From an uncultured Gammaproteobacteria bacterium (GTDB lineage: Bacteria > Patescibacteriota > Microgenomatia > UBA8517), in contig CAYSJW010000004.1 of assembly GCA_964431555.1 (NCBI GenBank), positions 9,951 through 73,950 of the forward strand: a stretch of DNA of 64,000 bases, read 5' to 3'. Every line of letters starts with the position of its first letter. The stretch's first letter is position 1. The notes under the pieces were generated by a model. That model was given only the letters and a program-made list of their open reading frames with translations, searched no databases and had not been told where the DNA came from. The translations under genes were made by a program, and so were the position numbers. Shown here one piece after another: positions 37,212 through 47,754 of the stretch.

Positions 37212-38143
37212 AATTTCTCAATTATCCGCATTCTTGCACTTTTAGATCTAGGATTTTCCGATATTTCCCTATATGATGGTAGAATAGGTTTTTTACTTAA
37301 ATTCTTCGCCTTTCCTAAAACCTCTTGTTGCCTAAAAAATTGTTTTACAATTCTATCTTCACCCGAATGAAAGCTAATCACAACAATCCTGCCACCCCTC
37401 TCAAGAACCTCAAATGCTAAAGACAAACCTGAAAGCAAATTTTCCCTTTCATTGTTTACCGCCATTCTTAAAGCAAGTAAAGCCAAAGCCGCCGTATTAA
37501 TGCTTCTTTTTGATTTTTCCAATCGCTTTAGTATCTGCAAAAAATCCCCAACAGTCTCAATCGGCTTAATTTTCCTAACTCTCACTATTTCATTTGCCAG
37601 CTTCAAAGAAGCTCCAAAAGGCATCACCTGACTAAAAACTTCGGTAAGCTTTTTCTTGTCCAATAAGGCGATAAGATCCTTAGCTAAAACTTTCTGGCTT
37701 TCAGGGTCAATTCTCATATCAAGGTCTTGATCCTCATTTTTGTATGAAAATCCCCTTTTAAGGTGGTCAAGCTGAAAACTTGAAATGCCAAGGTCGAAAA
37801 GAAATCCCTTAATATTTTTGCCTTCAAATTCTTGAATCAAACTTTTTATTTGTGAAAAATTGCCGTGAAGAAGTTTATAACACCTTCCACCGGAAATGTG
37901 GAAGGTAGGGCAGGCTTTTTTCAAAACTTCCTCGGCAATTTTTAAACTCTCTCTATCCGCATCAATCCCTATAACAAAAACTCCCCTTTTCACAAATTCT
38001 TTAGCGTGACCTCCTAAGCCAACTGTTGCATCTACGATGCAAAGATTTTTTAAATGTGCACCCTTTCCAATCTCAAAAGCCTCAAGAACTTCTTTAACCA
38101 TTACTGGTTTATGAAACTCTTGACTTGCAATTATTTTTTTCAT
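37208..38143 (-). CDS. rsmH: 16S rRNA m4C1402 methyltransferase
   Basis: H.PV, DATVGLGGH, DLGISS.QLD, LRMAVN.E, SFHSGEDRIVK, NPRS.SA. ATG at 38143 preferred. Confidence 0.95.
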   Translation of the reverse strand: MKKIIASQEFHKPVMVKEVLEAFEIGKGAHLKNLCIVDATVGLGGHAKEFVKRGVFVIGIDADRESLKIAEEVLKKACPTFHISGGRCYKLLHGNFSQIKSLIQEFEGKNIKGFLFDLGISSFQLDHLKRGFSYKNEDQDLDMRIDPESQKVLAKDLIALLDKKKLTEVFSQVMPFGASLKLANEIVRVRKIKPIETVGDFLQILKRLEKSKRSINTAALALLALRMAVNNERENLLSGLSLAFEVLERGGRIVVISFHSGEDRIVKQFFRQQEVLGKAKNLSKKPILPSYREISENPRSKSARMRIIEKL

Positions 38144-38254
38144 GACGCTTTTGAGTCGGTGAAGGTTTAAAATCCTGAGCACTATTCATAAACAGAATAA
38201 ATGTTCTGAAATTTACCTTAAAAACATTCTTATGATGATTAAATATTTCTTGTA

Positions 38255-38689
38255 TCATTTTTCATTTAAATAAATCTCCTCAATCGCTTTTGATGCCGAT
38301 TCTTTTAAAGTCTCGTTAAGACTTTTCCACTTTTCCAGAGACCATATTTCAACTCTGTCCCCCAAACCTAAAAACACTACGTCATTTTTTATACCAGAAT
38401 AGTCTTTTAAAACCTCTGGCAAAATAAATCTTCCTTGGCTATCAAGACTAACTTCATACGCCGAACCTAAAATAAATCTATCAATATCCCTGACTGGTTT
38501 TGTTATCAAACCTGTTTTACCAATTAACCTTTTTGACAAATCCCGCCAAGATTTTAAAGAAACCAAAACAAGACAATTTTCGTACCATTTAGCAACAATA
38601 AGTTCATTTCCCAAATCAATTCTTAATTTTTTTGGTACGGCTAGTCTATCTTTATCTGTTAATTTACTTACATACTGCCCAATAAGCAT
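38255..38689 (-). CDS. mraZ: Division/cell-wall transcriptional regulator MraZ
   Basis: DKDR..VP, DSQGR..LP, G.GDRVEIW. Confidence 0.95.
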   Translation of the reverse strand: MLIGQYVSKLTDKDRLAVPKKLRIDLGNELIVAKWYENCLVLVSLKSWRDLSKRLIGKTGLITKPVRDIDRFILGSAYEVSLDSQGRFILPEVLKDYSGIKNDVVFLGLGDRVEIWSLEKWKSLNETLKESASKAIEEIYLNEK

Positions 38690-38720
38690 TTTAATTAGTC
38701 GGGCAGATATACTTATGTAT

Positions 38721-38770
38721 ATTTTTCACCACTTTTCACCAATTATAACCATTTTTATATATTTTCACAT
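38721..38770 (-). promoter_or_regulatory. mraZ promoter with 10-bp-periodic direct repeats (candidate MraZ boxes)
   Basis: Minus strand TGGTTATAAT-TGGTGAAAAG-TGGTGAAAAA; TATAAT at 38742-38747. Confidence 0.6.
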
Positions 38771-38847
38771 ATATGTCAATATGTAGCAATACCGAGTGTG
38801 AACACTAGATATAGTGATATTCAAGAAGAATAAAAAAACCTAAAATA

Positions 38848-39606
38848 CTATTTACTTTCCACTGCAATAAATACTCCCAATTTTTCAGACTCACCTTTTT
38901 CCAATCTAACTAAATTCTGACCATCTATTCTAAAATATTCACCATATTCATCGAATTCAACTCTACCCGGCAAAGCTTCACTTTCAGAACTAAATATCCC
39001 ATATGGTCCCAATTTTAAACCAACAATTTCCCTTTGAATTTCACTGGGAAAGCCAATTACATTCATTGTTACAAAATATCCGTCAGATTTTTTCTTAAGT
39101 TCATATTTAAACTTTCCATCAAGTGAAGTTAAAAGCTTTGTACTCGCTTGAAGATGAAATTCCGTCTCAAACTTGACTAACAATTTGCCATTTTTATCAC
39201 GAAAACGAAGGGTTAAAGTTCCTGTTTCCACTCCTTCATCGTATCGAAATTTTCCCGACGATTCAGATCCAAGAAGAAGATCGGCTTCAAAAAAATCTTT
39301 TCCTTCCAAGCTTACCGAACCTGGAACACCCTGCTGAATACCACCTTCAACTTGATACAAAAGCTCATAGTCCAAACTTTCTGCAGAAAATTTAATCCTT
39401 TCTACCTTCATTTTCAAATAATGACCATCCGAAGCAGGAATTAACGATACAAACGGCCTTTCATTAGGAGATAATTTAAGAGATGAAGTTTCTTTTTCCA
39501 AAATTTCATCATTTTTCTTGAAGTTTTTTCCCTTAATTATAAAAAATGCCAAGGTCAAAGTTGTAATTCCCAAAAAAAACAAAATCAAGGGTATAAATTT
39601 CTTCAT
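38848..39606 (-). CDS. Hypothetical membrane-anchored extracytoplasmic protein
   Basis: 252-aa ORF, N-terminal TM, beta-rich domain (LLGSESSGKFRYD). Confidence 0.75.
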   Translation of the reverse strand: MKKFIPLILFFLGITTLTLAFFIIKGKNFKKNDEILEKETSSLKLSPNERPFVSLIPASDGHYLKMKVERIKFSAESLDYELLYQVEGGIQQGVPGSVSLEGKDFFEADLLLGSESSGKFRYDEGVETGTLTLRFRDKNGKLLVKFETEFHLQASTKLLTSLDGKFKYELKKKSDGYFVTMNVIGFPSEIQREIVGLKLGPYGIFSSESEALPGRVEFDEYGEYFRIDGQNLVRLEKGESEKLGVFIAVESK

Positions 39607-39660
39607 AGCAATTCTATTTTATCAGTAAAACTTTAAAAATGATAATTAAATCTTTTATCT

Positions 39661-41049
39661 TTAACCTAGCCTTTCCTGAAAATATCTTCCAAGAGAATCA
39701 ATCAAAACTCTCTCCTGCTTAGTAGTGTCACGATCGCGTACAGTTACAGAACCATCTTCCAAAGTTTTAAAATCAACAGTTACACACCAAGGAGTTCCAA
39801 TCTCATCTTGAGAAAAATAGCGCTTACCTATATTTCCCCTATCATCCCACAAACAAGGATATTTCAAACTAAGTTTTTCAAATATCTTTCGTGCTTCAAC
39901 CACCAAATCAGGCTTGTTTGCCAAAAGAGGAAAAACAGCTATCTTATAAGGAGCGAGATTGGGTTTAATTTTTAAAACCACTCTTTTCTTCTCACTATCT
40001 TCAAAATAACAATCAAAAAGAATTGCCAGCAAACTTCTATCCATCCCGAAGGTTGGCTCTATAACATGAGGAATAAATTTTCGTTTAGACTCTGAATCAT
40101 AATATCTTAAATCAACCCCTGACTTTTCCATATGATTTTTTAAATCATAATCTGTCCTATAGGCAATGCCATAAAGTTCTTTAAAGCCCCAAGGATATTT
40201 ATACTCAATATCCTCGGTTCTCTGGGAATAAAAAGACCTTTCTTCATCAGAATGAACCCGCCATCTAAGATTTTCCTCCTTTAAACCCAAAACATCTCTA
40301 GTCCATTTCCACATTTCATCTTTCCAATAATTAAATTGATCTTTCCAACTCATTTTTTCAGCATCAAAAAAATATTCAAATTCGGATAAATTAAACTGCA
40401 AAGTCCTAAACGTTAATTTCCCCAAGGTTATTTCATTTCTAAAAGCCGGACCGCTTTGAGCCAAACCAAACGGAAGTTTTGGTGAAAGGGAATTAAGAAC
40501 ATTTCTAAAATTCACAAACATTCCTTGGGCAATCTCTCCCCTTAGATAAACCAAAGACTTTTCCTCTGAAATAATTCCCACACGAGTTTCAAAAAGTAAA
40601 TTAAACTTTTTTGGTTTTGCCCAATTAAAACCTTGACAATTGGGGCATTTTATTTTTTCTCTATTAATGATATTCTCAAGATCCTCTATTTTTAAACCTT
40701 CGACTTTTACCTCCTTTCCTTTATTTTGAAAGTAATCTTCAATTAAATGATCCACCCTGTTTCTAGTTTTGCAGTCCTTGCAATCTAAAACCACGTCGTT
40801 AAAACTTGAAGTATGCCCTGAAGCCTCCCAAACTTTTGGATTCATTAAAATATTCGTATCCAAACCAAAAATATTTTCTCTTTTATTCACAAAAAAATCC
40901 CACCAGATATTTTTAATATTCCGTAAAATTTCAACCCCTAAAGGACCATAATCATAAGTATTTGCCAATCCACCATAAATTTCACTACCCGGGAAAATGA
41001 AGCCACGTCTCTTTGTCAAAGAGATTATTTTATCCATTAGATCAGCCAC
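39661..41049 (-). CDS. glyS: Glycine--tRNA ligase, alpha2 (homodimeric) type
   Basis: RRGF..EIYGG..YDYGPLG, ASGH, LR.E.AQG.F, FRNEIT, PHVIEP, DEIGTP; GTG start. Confidence 0.96.
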   Translation of the reverse strand: MADLMDKIISLTKRRGFIFPGSEIYGGLANTYDYGPLGVEILRNIKNIWWDFFVNKRENIFGLDTNILMNPKVWEASGHTSSFNDVVLDCKDCKTRNRVDHLIEDYFQNKGKEVKVEGLKIEDLENIINREKIKCPNCQGFNWAKPKKFNLLFETRVGIISEEKSLVYLRGEIAQGMFVNFRNVLNSLSPKLPFGLAQSGPAFRNEITLGKLTFRTLQFNLSEFEYFFDAEKMSWKDQFNYWKDEMWKWTRDVLGLKEENLRWRVHSDEERSFYSQRTEDIEYKYPWGFKELYGIAYRTDYDLKNHMEKSGVDLRYYDSESKRKFIPHVIEPTFGMDRSLLAILFDCYFEDSEKKRVVLKIKPNLAPYKIAVFPLLANKPDLVVEARKIFEKLSLKYPCLWDDRGNIGKRYFSQDEIGTPWCVTVDFKTLEDGSVTVRDRDTTKQERVLIDSLGRYFQERLG

Positions 41050-41136
41050 GAAAATATTATATCAATAACCAAAAAATTAAGAAACTAATAATAAAAAGGT
41101 TCAAAAAAATAACAGCCTATTTATAAATATTTTTTC

Positions 41137-41682
41137 CTATGAAAAAAGTTTCTTTCCAACAATCATCGAATTTTGAGGATACTCAAGAACTTCTTCAAGT
41201 AATTCATCAGGATTAGAATGAGGTTTCTCTTTAGGCCAAAAACCCAAAGAAACTAAAGTATTTAAAACAAATTCTCTGCGGATTTTTTTTAACGATTCAT
41301 TTGATCTTAACTTGTTTAAAAAAGACAAAAGAATATTATAGATCTCTTCATTCTTTTCTCCCTCCCTTATAACCTTATCAACTATTTCAACAAAAAAATA
41401 AGCCAGGGCAACTTTTTTTAAATTCTTCTTAAAATCGGAAAACGTATCAATTATTTCCACCTCGGTAATTATATTCATACCCTTTGAAGAAGCGGCTGAA
41501 AAATTAATTCTGTTAAAAATTTCAATATAAGCTCTTTTCCTACTTTTTGGTCTTCTCACTCCCTTGGCAAGCAAACTTATCTTGCCGTGTTTTCTCGACA
41601 AAACTCGCAATATTTTATCAGCTTCCGAATAGTTCTTTCTAGCTAAAACTATTCCCTCTGAAGCGAAATTTGCCCTAGACAT
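41137..41682 (-). CDS. recO: DNA repair protein RecO (short form, no Zn finger)
   Basis: GIVL..YSEADK..GK..AKGVR..KSR; upstream of glyS. Confidence 0.88.
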   Translation of the reverse strand: MSRANFASEGIVLARKNYSEADKILRVLSRKHGKISLLAKGVRRPKSRKRAYIEIFNRINFSAASSKGMNIITEVEIIDTFSDFKKNLKKVALAYFFVEIVDKVIREGEKNEEIYNILLSFLNKLRSNESLKKIRREFVLNTLVSLGFWPKEKPHSNPDELLEEVLEYPQNSMIVGKKLFS

Positions 41683-43691
41683 TATCTCACCTTTAAACTT
41701 ATCTTTTTATCCTCTTTAATAACCATTTCTCTTTCATCCTTTCCTAATTTAACTGAATAAACTATCGGTCCTTTACCCGGCTGCTTTTGAATAAATAAAG
41801 AATAATCATCACCAATTTTGAAGGGTAATTTATATTTTACACTTAACTTAACCACACCTTGTGGTCTTAATTCGAAAAAACCAGCAAATACGGTTTTCCC
41901 GAATTCCTCATAAGGATCACTTTTTTCACCAAGTCCGCTAATTGAAATAAGTTCACTACCTTTGGGAACATAGATTCTTACCCAATTTGGTAAGACTGAA
42001 TTTAGCCAACCATCATGCTTTTCTGGATTTTTGTATGTAACAACCAAAGTTTTTATTACATTTCCCTCTTTATCAACTTCAATTTCCTGAAAAACTTCCT
42101 GCTTTACATAGAGATTTGATTTCCTTCCACCCAAATTAGCATCGTTTATATAAAGATAATCCCCAGGATAATCTTTTATCGTACCTCCAATACCAAAACT
42201 TTCTATAGCTTTTTGGGCTTTCTCATCTTTCAAAAAAACCAAAATATGCTTTTCCATTAAAGCCCTCATACCAGCTTCAAAAAGAGCAGGTATTTTTTCA
42301 TTTGACAAACCAAGAGAAGCTGAAAGAATGGAATTCATTAAAGGTCCAATTATCTTTTTTCTATTGTCATAATTGGGTGGAGCATAAACAATTTTATCTG
42401 GTTCATTTTCACTCCAAACGATTGGACCTTCTATATCGGCAAAACTTTCAAGTTCATATATTACCTGCGGGCAATTACATTCAGGAATAACATCGTTGCT
42501 AAATCTTCCGTAACCCGGTACATTGACAGCTCCCAGAACCTCTAAAACATCAACCAATACTTGAGTATCTACAGAAATTATCCCATCTATATTTACAATC
42601 CCAGCTTTGGCTATTTCTTGAGAAAAAAGTTTCATTGATTGTGAAAAATCAGGCGACCAATTCATATCCCTTAATCTTAGTTTATTAGATAAAAGATAAG
42701 GCCCTTTTAGGTATTTTATTATCGGATCAGGAGCAACCTTTGAAGGTTTATAATTGTCATCAAGATTATAAATATCATTTGATATTGTTGGATCAAATCT
42801 CCCATTTCTAACCTTTGCTATAGAATATGCTGTCATAAACCCCCCTGTGGGTCTTAATTCTTTGTCATTTTGGAAAAGTACAAGATAAGTTCTTTCATCA
42901 TCAATACCTAAAATAAAGGGCATAACTTCTAGAAGTGGTTTTGCATTCTTCAATGATTTGCCGATGAAATCACTTACCTCAACAATCTTACTAACAGTGG
43001 TTTTTATTTCGTAATGAAAAAGCTTATCCGGATAGTCTTCATAATTTATATAATCTATCTCATTTTTTATTAAATCCATTTTTTCAACTACTTTGTCGGC
43101 GTTTGATATCAAGGAGGGTAAAGTTTTGATTACAAAATCAAGCTTATCTTGAGCAGTTTGGGAATTACTAGCTTTCGTTTCTTTCAAATTACTATTATTA
43201 AATCCAATAACATCAGAATAAGGCTCAACGATTTCAATAAGCAAATTAGATAGATCAATTCCATAAAATCCTGCATTTATCGCATGACCTAAATCTTCAA
43301 CATAAATACCAACCTTAGGAATAAATCTAAGCCAGTAAATCTTATCAAATGAAGACTTAAAGCTAATTAATTGTTTATTTATATTAGAAAGATTGGCTTC
43401 TAAAATATTTAAGTCTTTTGCTTTAACCGAATTAATAGCCTCATTTACTAAAAATCTTAATTTTATTCCCTCCTGATAGACTTTGTATACAAAATATCCC
43501 TCAACCAGCAAAGGAAAAAAAATCAGAAGTAAAAAGACAATAAATATTCCCCTTTTAGAAAAAACCTTAAATCCAATTTTCCTTGCTTTAAACGATCGAG
43601 AAACACCCTCTTCCTTTTTATTTTCCGGAACCAATAAAGACTTAGCTTCTTCAACAACAAACCTTTTTTTGTAGCCTGAAAGATCATCCAT
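41682..43691 (-). CDS. DUF4012-domain membrane-anchored protein
   Basis: YLVLFQN..ELRPTGGF, RD.NWSPDF, N.GG.KSN, RIYVP.GS, QKQPG. Confidence 0.85.
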   Translation of the reverse strand: MDDLSGYKKRFVVEEAKSLLVPENKKEEGVSRSFKARKIGFKVFSKRGIFIVFLLLIFFPLLVEGYFVYKVYQEGIKLRFLVNEAINSVKAKDLNILEANLSNINKQLISFKSSFDKIYWLRFIPKVGIYVEDLGHAINAGFYGIDLSNLLIEIVEPYSDVIGFNNSNLKETKASNSQTAQDKLDFVIKTLPSLISNADKVVEKMDLIKNEIDYINYEDYPDKLFHYEIKTTVSKIVEVSDFIGKSLKNAKPLLEVMPFILGIDDERTYLVLFQNDKELRPTGGFMTAYSIAKVRNGRFDPTISNDIYNLDDNYKPSKVAPDPIIKYLKGPYLLSNKLRLRDMNWSPDFSQSMKLFSQEIAKAGIVNIDGIISVDTQVLVDVLEVLGAVNVPGYGRFSNDVIPECNCPQVIYELESFADIEGPIVWSENEPDKIVYAPPNYDNRKKIIGPLMNSILSASLGLSNEKIPALFEAGMRALMEKHILVFLKDEKAQKAIESFGIGGTIKDYPGDYLYINDANLGGRKSNLYVKQEVFQEIEVDKEGNVIKTLVVTYKNPEKHDGWLNSVLPNWVRIYVPKGSELISISGLGEKSDPYEEFGKTVFAGFFELRPQGVVKLSVKYKLPFKIGDDYSLFIQKQPGKGPIVYSVKLGKDEREMVIKEDKKISLKVR

Positions 43692-43733
43692 AACTAATAA
43701 TAATACATTAAAAAAGGAAAGTATTAAAAGAAA

Positions 43734-44402
43734 TCAAACAGCACCTTTACCTGTGATCATAGCCCAAGGGGTTTTAAGAATAATTAAAATATCAAATAAA
43801 ATCGATTTTTTCCTAGCGTAATAAGCGTCCATCTCTATCCTTTTATCAAAATTTACCTCGCTTCTACCCGAAACCTGCCAATACCCCGTAATTCCCGGTT
43901 TTACTTTGAGAACTTCTTTTACCAACTCTCTGGTGTGGGGATACTTTTTTTGCTGTTCTTCCAACTCATCTTTATAGTATGCTCTGGGTCCTACAATACT
44001 CATTTCACCTTTTAAAACATTTATAAACTGGGGCATTTCATCGATTGAATATCTCCTAATAATTTTACCTACTTTGGTAACTCTGGGATCCTTGTGCAAT
44101 TTGTAGCTACTTTCCCTATAAACCTTATACAAATCCTTAAATTTAGGATCACTTTTCATCAGATTGTGAGCGTTAACGATCATTGACCTAAATTTATAAA
44201 GTCTAAAAAGTTTACCTCCTTTTCCAACTCTCTTGGGAATATCTGCAAAAACAGGACCGGGCGAAGTTATCTTAATAACAAAAGCTGTAATTAAAAGCAA
44301 GGGAGAAAATAACAAAAGACAAAAAATAGAACCTAATATATCAATAATCCTTTTTACAACTTCAAAAGTTTCCAACCTTTTCCTGTCCGAAATCGATAAC
44401 AT
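43734..44402 (-). CDS. Polyprenyl-phosphate phosphoglycosyltransferase (Bac_transf, WbaP/WcaJ C-terminal type)
   Basis: KR..D, KFRSM, DPRVT.VG, SIDE.PQ..NV..GEMS.VGPR, KPGITG.WQ. ATG at 44402 preferred. Confidence 0.93.
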   Translation of the reverse strand: MLSISDRKRLETFEVVKRIIDILGSIFCLLLFSPLLLITAFVIKITSPGPVFADIPKRVGKGGKLFRLYKFRSMIVNAHNLMKSDPKFKDLYKVYRESSYKLHKDPRVTKVGKIIRRYSIDEMPQFINVLKGEMSIVGPRAYYKDELEEQQKKYPHTRELVKEVLKVKPGITGYWQVSGRSEVNFDKRIEMDAYYARKKSILFDILIILKTPWAMITGKGAV

Positions 44403-44433
44403 ATTTGGGCAGCAAATTATAGTATACCCCAAC

Positions 44434-45492
44434 CTAGGTTAATGACAACCTCCTTTCCTTTACCTTTACTAAGGCATCTTTGACCTCGCCACTTTTTTTC
44501 TTATCACAAATCAAAAGAGCATCACCAGTATCTACAACAACCAAATTATCAACTCCAACAAGCGAAACAACCTTATTGGGATCATCAAGTCTTACAAAAT
44601 TATCCTTTCCATGTAAATCTATAACATTTTCCTCCACTTTATACAACCCTTTTAATTTCAAATACTCATGCAAACTTTCAAATGTCCCTATGTCATACCA
44701 CTTAAACGGTAATTCAACGACTAAAGACTCGCCATTTTCGTGAACCTTTTGGGTAACATCTTCAATAGGACCGGGAGGCATTCTTTTATATTCTATTTTT
44801 AAATCCGCACCATTGATATAATTATTTAAAGGTTCATACCAACTAGGTTGATATTTTTCCAACATTTTGAGTAAATTTCTTGGTGTCATACAAGTATGAT
44901 TGGTATGTACCAGAACACCCTCCTGCTTTATCAACTCTTCCGTTTCCTCTTTGCTGCTTCTCCAGATAAATTTGGCAACCTTATATATCCCAACCGATCC
45001 TTCATCAGAAACTTTTTCGCCTCTTATTAAATAATCCACACCCATAATCGGAAAATCGACTTTCATTCCGCCAGTTATATATTTTTCTTCCCTCCGGGCT
45101 ATTTTGTCACAATCTTGAATCATTTTTATAAAATTCTCCTGCGGTTCCCTTAAATCATCCACTTGCACGAGCATAAACGGTTCATCGTGGAAGCCCAATT
45201 TAAACAAAAAGGCGGCAATCAGACCTGTAGCAGGACCTTGATTACGCATTTCAGGTTCTAGTATAAAGTTTTCTTGAGGAATTTCTTTAACCTGACTTCG
45301 GGCTATATTCACTTGATCTTCGTTAGTTGAAATGTATATTTGTTTTGGGTCAAAATACGTCCTTAAAACTTCATAATTTATTTGAAATAATGATCTACCA
45401 CCAATTAAAGGTAAAAAATGTTTAGGTTTGTGTTCTCGACTTATCGGCCAAAGTTTCGTCCCAAATCCTCCACAAATGATTACAGGTATCAT
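44434..45492 (-). CDS. Mannose-1-phosphate guanylyltransferase-like nucleotidyltransferase
   Basis: GGFGTKLWP.SR..PK.F, EP..RN, W.D.G, C-terminal beta-helix (VVVDTGDALL). Confidence 0.85.
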   Translation of the reverse strand: MIPVIICGGFGTKLWPISREHKPKHFLPLIGGRSLFQINYEVLRTYFDPKQIYISTNEDQVNIARSQVKEIPQENFILEPEMRNQGPATGLIAAFLFKLGFHDEPFMLVQVDDLREPQENFIKMIQDCDKIARREEKYITGGMKVDFPIMGVDYLIRGEKVSDEGSVGIYKVAKFIWRSSKEETEELIKQEGVLVHTNHTCMTPRNLLKMLEKYQPSWYEPLNNYINGADLKIEYKRMPPGPIEDVTQKVHENGESLVVELPFKWYDIGTFESLHEYLKLKGLYKVEENVIDLHGKDNFVRLDDPNKVVSLVGVDNLVVVDTGDALLICDKKKSGEVKDALVKVKERRLSLT

Positions 45493-45508
45493 AAAAGTAA
45501 TATTAATA

Positions 45509-46609
45509 TTACACTTTTAGATTTATCAAGTCCAAGAACTCTTTTTTAAATCTTTCTTTAGAAAATCTTTTCGCATTAGCAAAACAATAATTTTTCAAAC
45601 CCCTTTTATCCATTCTTTCAAATAATTTTACAGCATTGATCAAAGAATCTTTAGTCTGCTTTCCAAAAAAAACTCCTGTTTTCCCTTCTACGACAGTATC
45701 AACAGCACCACCTTTCCTAAAAGCAATCACAGGAACACCCAAAGCCTGCGCTTCAAGAGCGGTTATACCAAAATCTTCTTCCTGCGGATAGATAAAAGCT
45801 ATTGCCCCGGCATATTTCTCAACCAATTCTTTATCTTTTACAAATCCGGCAAATCTAATATTTTTTTTTGCCATTTTTTTTAATCTTTTCTCCTCACTCC
45901 CTGTTCCCACAATCAACAAAGGATAACCAAGACAATTAAAAGCCTCTATTGCCAGATCAACTTTTTTATAAGGAACCAAACGGCTAACAATCAAATAATA
46001 TTTCTTTTTTCGATAATTCCCTTCATTAATCTTTAAACTTCCAATATCGAATTTTTCAAGATCAACAGGAGGATAAATGATTTCAGAATCTCTTCCATAA
46101 TATTTCTTTATTCTTCTTTTAACCTCGCTGGATATTGCAATCATGATATCCGGTCTCTGTGAAGCAATCTTATCCCAAATTTTCAGATAATCCACAAAAG
46201 GCTTGGAAATAAAACGGAAAACTGGATTTTTAAAATACTCATGATAATGGCTCCAAAGATACCTTGTCGGCGTTAAACAATAACAGACATGAAAAGAATC
46301 AGGTTTCGTAATTATACCCTTTGCCGCTTCACTTGTTACACTAATAACAAGATCATATTCTGAAAAATCAAACGATTCAAATGCCAATGGCATAAAGATC
46401 GGCAAAAGTTCATGCTTTGTATTAAAAAAGGGCATTTTTTGTAAAAAGGATGGTATAACTTTCGGAAAAACTTTAGCCCATGAAGCCCTTTTAGGATTAT
46501 ATAAAGAAGTATAAAGACATGCGTCAGGAAACATTTCGTGTAAAGTTAACAAAACTCTTTCCGCTCCACCCCACTTATTAACTCTATCGTAAACCAATGC
46601 AACTTTCAT
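45509..46609 (-). CDS. Glycosyltransferase family 4
   Basis: GGAERV, SRL..YK, EDFGI..LEA. Confidence 0.92.
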   Translation of the reverse strand: MKVALVYDRVNKWGGAERVLLTLHEMFPDACLYTSLYNPKRASWAKVFPKVIPSFLQKMPFFNTKHELLPIFMPLAFESFDFSEYDLVISVTSEAAKGIITKPDSFHVCYCLTPTRYLWSHYHEYFKNPVFRFISKPFVDYLKIWDKIASQRPDIMIAISSEVKRRIKKYYGRDSEIIYPPVDLEKFDIGSLKINEGNYRKKKYYLIVSRLVPYKKVDLAIEAFNCLGYPLLIVGTGSEEKRLKKMAKKNIRFAGFVKDKELVEKYAGAIAFIYPQEEDFGITALEAQALGVPVIAFRKGGAVDTVVEGKTGVFFGKQTKDSLINAVKLFERMDKRGLKNYCFANAKRFSKERFKKEFLDLINLKV

Positions 46610-46615
46610 AAATCC

Positions 46616-47752
46616 TTAAAATAAAATATTTTTATAAATGTTAAATGTATCGTTTGCCATTTTCTCCCACGAATACCTCTTAATAAACTTTCTTGCAGTA
46701 ACTAAATACCTCTTTCTTTCCTCCCTATCCATCTGAAAAATTTTTTTTACTACCTTTGCCAACGATCGGTAATTATACGGATCAAAATAATAAGCAAAAC
46801 TACCATAAATTTCTCTAAAGACAGGTATATCTGAAGCAATCAAAATAGTTCCGGATGAAATAGCTTCCAAACCCTGCAAGCCGAAACCTTCAGATAAAGA
46901 GGGATATACAAAGGCCATCGAATGGTTATATAAAAGACTCATTTCTTCATCGTTGATAAAACCCAATAACTTGATATTATCCTCCAAATTTAGTGTTTTT
47001 ATTCTTCTTTTGAGTCTTTCTTCAAACCTTCTTAAATTACCAGCTATTACGAAAGAGAGATTTAAACCCTTACAATTATTTCTAAGGTAATACAGTGCAT
47101 CCAAGACAATATCCAAATTTTTATGAGGATAGACGTTTCCTGCATAAAACAAATATTTTCTGCTCCTAAGTTTATTTTTCTTTAAAATATTGCTTTTTCT
47201 TGAGAGATATTTCAAAGATTTATTCATACTAATTCCCTCGTAAACCACTCTAATTTTATTTGATTTAACCTTGTAATAATCAACTATTCTTCTCTTAACA
47301 TAAAAGCTCGGGACAATAATTTTAGTTGATCTCGAAACCGCATTTAAAAATACAAACTTATAAAAGAATTTTTTAATTACAAAAATTGGATATGGTAAAA
47401 GACTAGCTTCATGAGACTGATCATGTATGGTCATATCGTGTATTGTAACTACAAATTTTTTATTTACTAAAATGGGTATATTAAAATGTGGGAAGTGAAT
47501 AAGATCCGGATTTTCACTTTTTATAATAAAAGGTAATTTAATTTGTTCCTCAAGCGAATAATGCCTAAAATCGGCCAATATTTTCTTCCAATTACAAGTA
47601 AAGTTCAATTCATCAAAGTATTTTTTCCTCAAAAGTATTACAAAATCAAATTTGCTCTCAACTTTAACCAGATTCCCAATTAACTCTATTAAATACCTTC
47701 CTATCCCCGAATTTTCTAAACCGTACATCCTAGCATCTATTAATATTTTCAT
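46616..47752 (-). CDS. Glycosyltransferase family 4
   Basis: GIGRY, TIHD, HKN, EGFGL..LEA. Confidence 0.92.
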   Translation of the reverse strand: MKILIDARMYGLENSGIGRYLIELIGNLVKVESKFDFVILLRKKYFDELNFTCNWKKILADFRHYSLEEQIKLPFIIKSENPDLIHFPHFNIPILVNKKFVVTIHDMTIHDQSHEASLLPYPIFVIKKFFYKFVFLNAVSRSTKIIVPSFYVKRRIVDYYKVKSNKIRVVYEGISMNKSLKYLSRKSNILKKNKLRSRKYLFYAGNVYPHKNLDIVLDALYYLRNNCKGLNLSFVIAGNLRRFEERLKRRIKTLNLEDNIKLLGFINDEEMSLLYNHSMAFVYPSLSEGFGLQGLEAISSGTILIASDIPVFREIYGSFAYYFDPYNYRSLAKVVKKIFQMDREERKRYLVTARKFIKRYSWEKMANDTFNIYKNILF

Positions 47753-47754
47753 AG

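Noticed and set aside
38144-38254. Possible RNA element in the mraZ-rsmH spacer
   Set aside because: Only short AT-rich stems (CAGAA/TTCTG), expected by chance
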